Source: Pocillopora damicornis
Taxonomy: Eukaryota
NCBI RefSeq assembly: GCF_003704095.1
Contig: NW_020847159.1
Span: 62,001-126,000 of the forward strand
Direction: 5' to 3'
Length of the DNA stretch: 64,000 bases
In this document: one piece after another, positions 23,501-35,696 of the stretch
How positions within the stretch are numbered: the stretch's first letter is position 1
Layout: each line of letters opens with the position of its first letter
Notes under the pieces: generated by a model
What the model was told of the DNA's origin: nothing
Database searches by the model: none
The model's input: the letters and a program-made list of their open reading frames with translations, nothing else
Position numbers and translations under genes: made by a program

Positions 23501-26500
23501 ATGGTAACTACAATTTGTCATTTAATAATGGACTAAGGAATTTGCCATGATGTGTTTAGATTTTTCTGTTGTTGTATAAGGTATTTCTTCACCTGATTTA
23601 GCTGTTTTTTTTTTTACTTTCAATGAGAAGGAAATATCTTCAGAAGGCCTTCTTGACATATACATTTCAAAATAAAAAATTCACTCAACCTTCTTTAAGT
23701 GTCCCAAAATGCTTTATACTATACATCTTTAATTTCGGTTCCATTATCCTTTTTAGCTCTGAATATATCTCTCTTTTTTTCATTTACCTTGTTATAATTT
23801 TTTTTTGTAGAGAAAAAGCCAGTTTGCAGCATGAGATTGAAGAGAAAGAAGAAATGATCAGACAAAGAAATGGAGAAATACAGGTACATTGTCATGTTAT
23901 CAGTGTCTTATATGAAACTTGTTACTTGTCCAACATCATTATGGCTATCTTACTCTTTGTTTATAGAATCTACAGAGTGAACTTGAAAAAACTAAACTGA
24001 AATATCAAGAATTAGAGAGACAAAAAGCAGATTCACAAGGCAAACTTGATGACTTAGACAAAGAGGTGAGACATGTCTGTACAGCTTTCACTCTTCTACT
24101 TTCTGGCATTCATCTCAACTATGATATTTATAAACAGTTTTCCTTATCAGGCTTTGTGATAAGGTATCTCTCTAATTCTATTCACTATGCTAGAGTTGCT
24201 AGACAAATTCTATTTCAAACTTTGTTTTTAACCCTTAAACTCCCAAGATCTGATTTTTAATTCTCCTTCCAGCTACTACACATTCCCTTGTAAATTAGTT
24301 TCAAGAATTTGGTGTTAGATCAAGATAACAACTTCTACCTGATACATTTGAGTATTCTCATTACCTGTTTGCTGGATAGTGCATAGATATTGTAGGGAGA
24401 AGTTACTTTTTAATCACCTCTGGGAGTTAAGGGTTTATTTGATGTTTTTTATTCTTGCTCAATCCAAGGTATTGCAAAGGCGTGTCAGGGAAGGGTCAGG
24501 GGAGGATCAGGGTATATCTAGCCTCCTCTTTGCAGAGATAAAGGAATATTATATGATAACAAAGCAATTAGACAGTCTAATAGCATCCTCATGCCAATAA
24601 GAAGCTAGTGCAGAATTTCTTGAGGGGAAATTATGTCTGTCATTGTGTTTCTGTGCAGAGCATTTTCTTGCTGTCCTTAATCACACAATAACTGCTTTGC
24701 CTGCCTGATTGTCATTAGTGTTGTGTATTTTCCTTTCTTTTCCAGAAAGCCAAATTGGAAGAAATGTTGAAAGATGCAAAGCAGAAATGCGAGGAAGAAA
24801 CAAAAACGGTTAGAGTAGTTCAAAACAGTAAATACTAATTGGACATCTGTTTCTGCAGTGCATGAATAATTACTAACATTGGGAATTAATGTAAAAGTGA
24901 AAGGAAAATATGATTTTTGCGAATCTCTTTTCCAGATAAACAGTTTGCAGGCGCAGATCGCATCTTCGAGAAAATCAGCCCTGGTATGTGGATCTCTTTT
25001 ATTTCTACACCTTTTACCAAACAGTAGAAAAAATAAATTAATTCAGTTAAGGAAGTATGCCCCTCTCTAACAAAGACTATGGGGATCGAAAGTTTCGTGT
25101 AATTCCCCCTTTCCCCGTCCATGAATCCATGTATAATCTTATGTGCTAATAAGATGCTTGTGAAGGATCCCACCCCTGTCTATAAAACCCTCCCTACTCC
25201 TACTACCTAAATGTTGGTTTTAGTGTGAGGAAGAAAGTAGATCTTATTTTTCACTTTCTGTTTTTTCTTTTTTTACTTGTAAAAGCTTGAACTGCTGATC
25301 CATAAGAAACCATGAACTTGATAGTTTTGTGAGATGTTATCTACAATTTTTGATTAATCATCCCTTTTACAGCAACAAGAAGAAGAACTTAGCGACGCGA
25401 GAGATGAATTGAACAGAATTAGAGAAGACGAAACCAAGCTAGAACGAGAGGTGATCAGAGGATTACATCTTTTTCTGTCATTTAACGTTGGAAATTTTGT
25501 TTCAACGGTGAATTTTACGTCTACAGATCGAGTCCAGTAAAGAACACCTAGAGACAGTCCAGAAACAAATCAAAGCTGTTCAAACAGAAATTTCGCAGGT
25601 AAGTAGAATGAAATCTTTGAGCAAAGAAAGTCCAGGTTATAGACACCATTTACCTCTTTTCTCTCTCCTGAACAAAAATTTCGGAACCAATATTTCATGC
25701 ATTCAAGCGAGCTCCCACTCATATCTCGAGTCTATTTCACTTCGTGAGTTTAGCAAGGATATCAGTTACGAATATTTCTTTTCTAGGTCAGATCAAAGGT
25801 TTCAACACTTGAAGAAACAAACAGTAGCCTAAACGCCAATATCGCACATTACAATTCGTTGATGAACTCCAATAGTTTGTCCAGTGGTCCAGCGTCCATT
25901 CCGGATTTTGCACCCCTGACAGATGCGTTTGACATGACGCCGACTCCTTCAGAAGCCGATGCCATGAGTGTCAGAGCGACGGTAAGTATGGTAGTGAAAG
26001 CAAACGCGATTAAAAAAATAAACACGTCCTCAATTTTTTCATTTGACTGGTCGCCCAAGGCAAGACTTTGACGGTGATTGGAAACAGTGTACTGATTTTT
26101 AACTGGTACTCTGTGGGTGTAAAACCAGATAAAAGATGGCAGCCACTCTCAAGATTGTCAAATATCAAAATTGAAGAATAGTTTAAGAGATGTCGTGGTA
26201 AATGTTAAAAAACAAATAGCACCATGGGGAAGTACGGCTGCCGAAGGGGGTCTTTTGAATGGTCACAGCACAGGACGTCATTAACCCTTCAACTTCCAGA
26301 AGTGATTAACGTGTTAATTATCCCTATAATATCCATTCATTAACCAGCGAACAGGTGATAAGAATACTAAAACTCATCAGGTAGAAGTTGTTGTCTTGAT
26401 CTAATGCCAAATTCTTTTAAGTAATTTACAAGGAAATGTTTAGCAACAAGACCAGAGAATTAACAATCAGAGCTTGGGAGTTTAAGGGTCAACAAGGTCA

Positions 26501-28764
26501 AACCTTAGCACGGTGAGATGCATCTCCATAACTGGCTTATTGAAATTAAAGGGTGGAAGTTTCTTTTTTCGTTTAGGCCGGTAGCAGTCCCGTGAGCAGC
26601 ATAAGCGGCTTTAGTGTTGGATCTGGTCGAGTAGATGAAGCTGTAGATGATTTTAAGGTTGGTTGCTTGTTTGAAATTTATGGAGTTTATCACAGAACTG
26701 ATATGTTTGTCTAAACTCTTTCGAATATTCAAACTTGATTCAACTTTCTAACTTCTTGGTTTCAGGATACAGATCCCTTCAAGAGCAAAGAAAATTTATT
26801 TAGTTCTTCGGAAACGGGTAAGCTGTAACTTTTGTCACATTTTCCATGGTGGTCTTCATTTCGATTTGTTTACCTCTTTTTTTTTTTTTTTGTAGTTAAT
26901 ATTGCTAGGTGTTTTTAGACCAGGAAACAGGGAATATTTGGTATTAAGTCTCTGCCCTACGAGTAAATTTAAGAGTTTGACATGGTATAGTTAGAGTGAG
27001 ATTAAATGAAAAGTTACCACATCGACCTATCAGAACATAGGTATACAACACAAAGAACCAATGAGAAATTCAAGTTAGGTGCATGTGACCGACCTCAAGC
27101 GCGGGAAACAGTAAAGACCAAGTCACGATTGGTTGTATCTGATTGGTTGATAAAGTGGCACGAGTTTTCTGAACCAATCACAGAGCGAAGTAAAGCGTAA
27201 CCATTGCAGCCGACACTAAATCAAATGTTGCTTTTGCTTATATTCTCTTTCAGAATCTAACGATCCTTTCCACGTAGACGATCCTTTTAAAACAGACCCA
27301 TTTCATTACAAGAGCGTCTCGTTCGCGGACCCTTTCCCAGGCGATCCGTTTGAGGTAAGACTACTTTGACGTATACACCACCCCTGTGATTATTACACCG
27401 TCAGTTTTACATGTTTCATACTTAGAACACTGAGGCGCGTCATGACTGGCATTCACGTTCTTCCCAGGGCGAAGATTTGTTCAAAGGTGATCCTTTCAAA
27501 AGTGACCTTCCAGCCAGTGCAGGAGCTAATGGTTCTGGGGCAGGAATAAGCAATGGTGAGTTGGCAACAGATTCTCCTAACTTTACATCTGTTGGAGTAT
27601 AAATTTTTATGATATTGAAGAACAATCTTTTTTAAAAATTTTTTTTCAAGCATGTGAAGAAGATTTTCCCAATTTCTGTCACTAACGGACACGTGTGTAT
27701 CATCTGTATCATCACACTTTGTCGCTTCGCAAAAGGCACAACAACTCAGTTCTTTTCTGTTAACACAGAAATCTAGAGGGTGAAAGACTTCAGGCCCCTG
27801 TTGTTCGAAGGGTAGATAACACAATCTATCCATTGGATGGTGCATTACGTTTTATTAACATTTACCCTCTGGATAGTGATTTATCCGCTGAATAGCGTTA
27901 TCCGCCCTTTGTTCAACTGGTTCCTCTGGTTGTTTGCCGTAAGATTACTAGATTCATCCGCTTCTTTAGCAAAGTGAGAGAAATGTTGTCACAATTGTTT
28001 ACTGAAAGTGCTCTGACAGTCCATCCTGAATTAACTAAATTTTATTATCATTATTATTATTATTATTATTTTACTTTTTTAAGGTTTATCATCTTCACCA
28101 GCAAAATCAGATCCTTTTGCTATGGATCCCTTCCAGAGCACATTTCCAAGCAGCAAAGTAAGTTGTAATGTCTTCCCTCTTGTCAGATATTCTACAAATG
28201 AATCAGAAGTAACTCATCTACGAATTAAATCCCTTCCCACCCCCTCCCCCCCCCCCCAAAAGGAAAATTCTACCTACTCCCCTAAAGAAGTTTCTTAGAA
28301 TGAGCTGTGCTGTGGACTGAGAACAGTTCAGAGCCTCAGTGTAATATCAAAATTTTATTGTATCATGTTTTCCTTATCATTTCAGAGTCCGGCAGATAAC
28401 TTTTTCAGCTCGGATCCGTTTAAACCATCTGGGAGTGGTTCAGATACTAAGAAAAGCACGAATAACTCACAGGATAAAGATTCTCTCTCGTCTGTCAAAG
28501 ATCCTTTCAGCAATCCCTTTGGTCCTGATCCATTTGGTCAGTTTATTTATTACTTATTTTGTCTCTTTCTCTCTCTCTTATTTAAATGATATACTTATGT
28601 ATGTTTTGTAAGAAAACTTTGATCATTTGCTGAGTTCTAATTACCCGCCTGTTTTCTTATGTATTTTAAAATATCTTCAGGAGAAAATAAATTTCGTGCT
28701 TCAATTGTTTATCTCGGTTAAAGTAACGTATCTTTTTTTTGTTTACTTTATTCTAGGTTCCTGA
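17513..28764 (+). CDS. EPS15: EPS15/EPS15L1-like endocytic adaptor (3 EH domains, coiled coil, DPF repeats); last exon uncertain
   Basis: About 27 GT-AG exons traced, e.g. 17513-17548, 18172-18216, 19070-19159 ([11 protein letters not shown]), 19660-19707 (IWELSD), 20833-20934 ([14 protein letters not shown]), 22902-23079 ([13 protein letters not shown]). Coiled-coil exons lie at 23361-25981, and about 12 DPF plus 1 NPF at 26766-28536. The nearest downstream acceptor (28757) gives DPFGS*. Confidence 0.9.
24228..24435. mobile_element. TTAA-CCCT MITE, subfamily C
   Basis: ttaacccttaaactcccaagatc...gggagttaagggttta. Related copies at ~26281-26490, 29370-29575, 38568-38765, 41630-41805, 46318-46543 and 52750-52956. 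Confidence 0.8.
27040..27215. repeat. Dispersed CCAATCA/GATTGG-rich repeat
   Basis: A similar sequence (aagtc.cg...gagttt.tc..accaat.acaga.cgaagt..agc) recurs at ~29125-29270. Confidence 0.6.
27793..27922. mobile_element. Palindromic MITE-like element (GGATA/TATCC-rich)
   Basis: ggcccctgttgttcgaagggtagataac...gttatccgccctttgttcaactgg. A related copy lies at ~40903-41050. Confidence 0.6.
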
Positions 28765-31689
28765 TGAAACTCGACCTTTCCCGATTAAACATGCCGAATT
28801 GTCTGAATGTCTTCAAAAGTGTCGGCAAGAACAAGATTATGGCTCTTGTAGTCTGCGGCCTCAAAAACTTTGTTCAAAGTTAGCGAAAACTAAGCAACGA
28901 CTGTATTGAGAGTCGATGGGAAAAATAGCAGTTTCGGTCAAAAACTCATAAAGTTCGCTCGCTATCCTTTCACATAAACCTATGCAAAGCACATTTTGAG
29001 TGACTGTTGTAAAAACAATAACTGAGTATTTACAACAGCCAGTCAGAACAAAGGTAGTTATTCCAAGCAGTGAGCGAGAGTACAAAGTACAAATGGCACA
29101 CTACTTGTAAGACCAGAAAAAGCAGATGACTAAGTCGCGTTTTGTTTAATTTGGGCATCACATTTCCTGAAAGGATGACTCGAGTTTCTCGTACCAATTA
29201 CAGAACGAAGTCAGAGCGAGGTGTGAACCATAACCGTTGAAATGCCGGCTTTCTTTCGAAAATTGCTCTGGATTGGCCGACCCTGCTTACCTTTATGTAA
29301 AGGAATAGAGTTTGCTATGAGTTCCTTTTGTGAACAAAGTATGTTTTCATTTCGTAATCAAGGAGTTTCCCCTTCACTCTCAGAAAAGATTAACATATAA
29401 CCTCTTCCTATAATATCTATACATTACCCATCAAAGGTAATATGAATACTCGAAGTTATCAGGTAGAAGTTGTTATCTTGATTTAACACCAAATTCTTGT
29501 AACTAATTGAAAGGAACTGTTAAGCAGTTAAAGAAGAGAATTAACAATTAGAACTTGAGAGTTCATGGATTGAGGTTGCATCGCGTTACTATTTTTGGAT
29601 GTTTTTTAGCTGACTCAACTTCTTTGTCAAGTGATTGGTCCAATGCCGAGTTGTTGACAAAAGCTCATTTGATATGTCGGGAACGTATAATGTATTTAAT
29701 CACTGAATTATTTTATTTTTAAACCACAGCAATAAACACATGCTAAGAACTAGGAATTTTATTGAACACACCACAGATGCAACTGATTCTTGCCTTGAAG
29801 TCTTAACATTGCTTGACGTCACTGCTGACCTCAGTGAATGAAGTAAAATGTGAGATAAACTTGAACTATAGTCACAAATGAGTCCATCTTGTTTGAAATA
29901 AAAAGTGTGACGTGACAGTATTACGTTGGATCCTTTTGCAACACAACGAAAGGTAGAGCAATCTTTAAGGCGGAAATTAAGAAACGTGTGGCAGGCTTTC
30001 GATAAAGCGTATTCCAGTAAGACAGCTTGTGGTTAAGTTGCGCAACATAAAAGCATTCCAAGTTGTAAAAAGTGACCAATCTCCTTTCAGTAACTAGCAG
30101 GATGCTGGATCAGGAGGAAATCGTGGCTGCACATCGAAACCGTGTTCATGATTGGAGCTAAACAAGAGTTGTGCGTTACGGCTTTAGTGTCTGGAATCAG
30201 ATCCATGATAACAAAGTTTAAAAACGTTTGCGCGCGTTATCTAACTAAAAGAAAAAATACCGAATCAGTAAAAGTTTAGAACTTCGCCCCTGGCAACAAC
30301 AGAAGCTACGCGAGTAACATTCATTCCTCTGTTCAGTTCCGATAATCTAATCCATGTCGCAGAAATATCTCGTATGCCTTGCGCTGTTTTTTGAGTTCCT
30401 AACTTCAAGCTTGTTCTCCGCGGATTCTTCTTCCCAGCTGAATAGCATTCGGAATGTTAACGTTTCGTCTTCCCCCGAGAACTGGAGACTGAAAGCTTCT
30501 TATTTCACTCAGTGTTCCGTTGTCAGGTCTGTAGCGGGTCATCTTTCTCTCCCCGTTTAAAATTCCGTTTACAGCAGTTTCGTTTTTCTGCTCCATAACA
30601 GATTCTTCTGGCCTGACCATCCTTTGACTGTGTTTCTCGAACGGTACGCAAAGAACACGCAATAACCAATGAATTCACGCTTTTGATTGCAGTTTATGAA
30701 AGGCGATTTTGAAAACCGCACATTCTGCCCAAATGAAGAATTTTCATTGGTCGAAAGAGTAAGGAAGCAAGATTTAATTGGTCGGAGAGATAAACAAAGG
30801 AATTGATATTTTCACACATCCTGCATATCTTATAACTTATAACTTACTCAGAGTTACTCTAGTTCAGTGTTGGAAAATCTGCCCGACACGATAGATTCGC
30901 CACATTTTTTCAGAGTTAGATGAACAAAATATTCCCTAGTTCTTTCCAGTTCTCATTGACTCTGAGCTTGGCTTTCATTGAAGTGCAGTAAAACAGATAC
31001 TAATTACCCTTGAGAAAAGCAATTTTAACTACGTTTTCATTTTAGTTTTTAAGTAGTCGCATGTTTATAAACGTTTTTGTCCATTTTACAATAGACTCTA
31101 ATTTCTTTTGTTAGCCAAGACTCCATCGTTCGTCTGTAGCCTGCCACTAGGCGTTTTACTCTCTCCAAGTTATCCTTTCAAATCATCTACGGTCAGAAGC
31201 ATCTTCCCATCAACTATTGTCCCATTTTGTTAAACTATCAACTTTTCTGCCTATACGCAGCCTTTCTGTCACTTGTATTCGGCGACGACTCTCCTTCAAA
31301 TTACACTTGCCGTCAGTTTCTTTGTTGCGGGCTTCTTTGTCTACCTACGGTCGCTTTTTCTTTTCATGCCGCGCGTCAGAGTTGAAAGAAATGCGCTATA
31401 CGGGTTGCCTTTGTAGCGAGCCACTTCCGAGGAGCTTGTCTACCACTTGAATAACGAACAGTTTGCAACTGATGTGCAAGTTAGTAGATCTCGAGTTACA
31501 AAAAAAGTAAACCTTAACGGTTTCAGTGGTTTTCTGTCATGCTGTTCCACCCTCTTGAAGTGATAGCGTGCTTCGCGCTAATTGGAAGTAATTTCTCCCG
31601 ATGTATGTGTCGTCTTATCTATGCGTTGTATGGAGTTCTTTAACATGATATCTTAAATAAAACTAATGTTTTATGAGTTTTTGTAACGA

Positions 31690-31928
31690 AGCACAACATG
31701 AATAGTTTAATATTTTTGCTGAGTTGTATACTGACTTTTGATATATAGATTTTTATCGCTTTTTAATTTATTGTTAAATATAATTTTGTTTTCATTTTGT
31801 AATCTATCATATTCCCTGCGGTTTCTTTGGATATTTTTTAAGTTATTGTAAAGGGCATTAGATCATATACTTATATATAGGTGCTATATAGGTATTAAAT
31901 TTATTATCATTATTTTATTCATTATTTT
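31690..31928 (+). mobile_element. Probable LINE (L2/CR1-type) 3' tail remnant
   Basis: AT-rich tract ending gtaaagggcattagatca...gctatata, followed by a degenerate (TTA)n tail. Confidence 0.45.
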
Positions 31929-32085
31929 GATCGCAGACGTTCTGGAGAAGTTCAATATCCCTGCGGATGAATGAGCTGTTGTTTTGATAACACGGTCAAC
32001 AAATATCTACAAACATTACTAAAAGAAATAAAAAAAAAATGGAATAACAGCTTCATCTTTGTAATTTGATGCACTGTTTGTTCTT

Positions 32086-32146
32086 CGGGCGGATCGACTC
32101 CCATTCTCGGGCGGATTGACTTCCATTCTCGAGCGGATTGTCTTTC
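32086..32146 (+). repeat. Short tandem repeat (tcgggcggat.gact.ccattc, ~3.5 units)
   Basis: Directly visible 16-22-bp units. Confidence 0.7.
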
Positions 32147-32537
32147 GGGCGGAACGACCGCAATTCGGAGCCACCAAATCTTATAAAAGTCATAACCAGC
32201 TCATAGGCCCCTCACTAATGAATTTCTCTGTTGTTGAGTATAGTTATCCTACCAATGGTTCGTGTGGAAGCCTCTGCTAAGCAAATCTGATCTACTCCTA
32301 AGATCCATCTAGTTTTTAAGGGAAGGTTCCTAAAGAGGAAATTTTCAGAAGTAAACAGATCCCCTACCATTATTAAGATCACAAAGTAAGACCACCCCCT
32401 GTCAGCCAATCAGCTTCGCGTAAATGAATCATTGCATCACTGGTCGAAATCTAAGTTCCGCCATTTTTTGTTTTGGTTACAGTCGCCTGTCGTATTTTGG
32501 CAAACTTTTAGAACTTCAAGTGATTTTCCTCGGTACT

Positions 32538-35500
32538 ATGGGGGTTATTAATGTTAACGAACATTTCCGAAATCGTCGTAACCAAGGAATGATCGAAAAT
32601 TATGGAGCAGATCAGTAAGTACCGCAGCATTACATAACTTGATTTGTTTACCTTGCGCGGTTTTGAGGTGGGAGCCGGCCTTCCTTTCCATCGCCACGAA
32701 TCAGCTGATTTTTTTGTCTAGTCGTTCTAGTTAGCTTTCAAGTGTGATCGTCATTAAGAGATCAAGAAACTGTTTCGAACGATTAAATGCCTGTATCACT
32801 TCTCGTGATCGTAAGATGATAACAGGTGATCGAAACGGTGTTGAAAACAGAATTATTTGGCGTTTTTTCGGCTCAATCGTAATAATTTTGTTTTCGGTGG
32901 ACCACTTTCATCTTCGCTGTACCATGCAGGCTAACAAAACGTTTTAGCTATGTCAGCTGTGGGTTAAAATACACTCAGCTGATATATATTATTAAAAACC
33001 GAAGCCGCTTTGCTCTTTCAGTGCTTCAGAGGAAGAGTACTTAGAACCTACTCCCCAGCAAGACTCAAGTCAAAGGCGACATACACGTAATCGATCGCAA
33101 AAGAAAAAGGTGCAATACAATTCAAGGAACACTGGACGCAGAGTGAAAACCGGAAGCCGGCCGATGAGAAGATATGAGAATTGTAAGCGAAGAGCTGGGC
33201 AAGAGAAAACCTGAGAGCTGAATATCTGTCTCCTAACACTAATTCTATTTGTTTCAAAAGTATAATTTTTCACTATGAAATATTTTAAATGGTGTCAATG
33301 ACTTGATATTCCAACATCCCACATCCATTTGATTGAGTACTCTCACCCTGGTTAAACGAGATTGGGTGGCTGGGGGGGGGAGTATAATCAGGGGATATTG
33401 GATGAGTGAGTCAAACTGACAACTAGTTAGTTTTTGTAGCCATTAGATTGAAGACACCTCTTTCTGCTTCAAAGTTCAACCCCTCAGCCTTCACTTGCTC
33501 AGAGTAGTTTTAAAAAGACTGCAATGGCAAATTTTAAGCTTTCCTTTTTTTCTCCTTAATCTTAAATTCAGTCTGTTTTCTGCTGAGTTTGGTTGACCAT
33601 GAGGAAATTGGGGAACTTGACATCTCTGATTTAGTCAGCAACAACACATCCGTGTTTGCAAAACTTTTGAGTAATGAAGAAAGCATGAAGGTAATGCTCT
33701 TAATTGTTTATTACTCAATGGGAGGTGAACAATCGACACTGCAGTAAACAACTTAATTGTTCACCAATTCCTTGCCGACCAAATTTCATTTATCATCACA
33801 GGAATATTACATTTTTTATCAGGCATGTGATGAGAATCAAGGGAACTATCAACAAAGGGATTCCATCAATCCGTCTTGAAACCAAATTTTCAAAGTGAAT
33901 TATCAATTAAAGCCTTATCACATCACAGCAATTAACATTACAGCTGCGGTATCTTTGCCAGACAACAACTATGTACTTGACTCTGACTATAACTTCTACT
34001 CAGGTTGTGGAAACATTAGTCACTTCTACCAACTACAGTCCTTTAAAGGACCACGCTCACCCAGACAATCAGACTACACTATCACATAAAGCCTTGTCAG
34101 TCAGTAACGTAAGTTTTCATTGAAAAATAGATTTGGAATGGGTTTGTAAACCTCTCTGAAGAAGAACAAGAAGCTTTTATGGTTCCCAAGAGGAAAACAG
34201 CTGCACCTGTTCAGGATGTTGATAGGGGAAACACAGCTGAAGATGACATCCCAACAGAGCGAGGTATTGTGTTTCTCTGCTTTATTTAATAGTGCTTGGT
34301 AAACATGCTTAGTCTTATTGATGCAGGTTTTTCTATATATATTTTTTTTTTACTTAGATGCTGTAGCAGTTGCAGAAAAGGCTTTCAACAGAATTGAAGG
34401 ACGTATCAGAGGAACCCTTACGAAAAAACGTTTCCCAATGGTACTGCAGCTTTTTCAATTAATAAAGCTTTGAGAATTGATAATGGCTCATTTTAAAAAT
34501 GCAAAATTCCCTTTATAGTAAAATTACATTGATGAAAAGAAGAAACAAGATTGCTAAATAAAATTTCATGCTACCTTAATCTTCTAAGTACCCCGACCCC
34601 CTTCTCATGAAAACAAATTATGTTAAAATTTAGAGAGTTTTCTATCATTCTTTTATATTTTTTTATTTTGTACTTTTTTTGTCATCAGGGTGGCCTAAAA
34701 TACCATGAACAGGAGGTGGTTGCATATTTTTCTGAAGATCCCACTGCAGTCATGATTTCCTCTGTTCCATCCAGGTACGTAGATACAAATCATTTTTAAG
34801 GTCTACATTTATTCTTTTTGTTAAGGGTAAAAATATGAAAAAAAAGTTTGAAAATATATCACACTTTTCAACCAACAAATGAAGGGGGAAGTGGTGTTTG
34901 AGATGGATAGTTTACAGTTGGATGTTACATTGACAATAACTAATGACAAATTAAAATAACATAAAATCCTGTTTTTTCTTTAGTTTTGATAGGCTGTTGG
35001 TGCATGGTGTATGTCAGTTCCTAGGTTTGAAATCAAAAAGTGAGTATTTTAGCAGTGAAGCAGTTGTTACTTTATTTTATGTTAAGGAGCAGTCACTGGA
35101 TGTCAAGATTAGCCATAATCATGCAAGTTGTAATGTTTTTATGCTTCACCTGCATCAATTTGAATTTGGCTGTGTGGGACCTTTGAATGTTGTGTGAATC
35201 AATGAATTCCAGCCTAAATTTTATCTCTAAGGACCATTTTATGATCTATAGTCACAAAATGGGAACTTTGGAGGCCTTTATAAATCTAAAGAAACTAAAG
35301 GTTATAACTATGTAAACAGTAATTTCTTAGGGTTAAAACAACAGTTTCACCAAATCATTTGAGGTCTTATCTGCATAGCCCAGGAAATAAATTTTATGTC
35401 AACAGCAGCCCCACAACTAACAGAGCTCTTTGGTAAGAGCTGATCAGGGGCTGGGGATGCAACACTCAAGGGAACCTGTTTGGTGGCTAGCAACCAAAGA

Positions 35501-35696
35501 AGAGAAAACTAGATACATTCCTAATTACTATAGCAAACTAATGTGGCTTTTACTTATAATTTAATATGTGATATCACTTTCTTTACTCCAAGGTACTAGT
35601 CGTAATGGAGACCACATCATGGAGATTGAAAATAAACAAGACACATTTTGTGTTCCATCTCTCCTTCTCTCCCAATACTTGGAAAAGCGTAGATAA
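32538..35696 (+). CDS. R3HDM4: R3H domain-containing protein 4
   Basis: Eight GT-AG exons (~32538-32614, 33022-33181, 33572-33690, 34131-34263, 34358-34440, 34689-34774, 34984-35039, 35593-35696). R3H-associated N-terminal motifs GSRPMRRYEN..FLLSL and IWNGFVNLSEEEQ; R3H motif SFDRLLVHGVCQFLGLKS. CCAAT (32406) and CGCCATTTT (32459) lie upstream. Confidence 0.87.

Noticed and set aside
30354-30560. 68-aa + strand ORF with a signal-peptide-like start
   Set aside because: No recognisable mature peptide or cleavage pattern; it overlaps the antisense ORF and a candidate EPS15 UTR.
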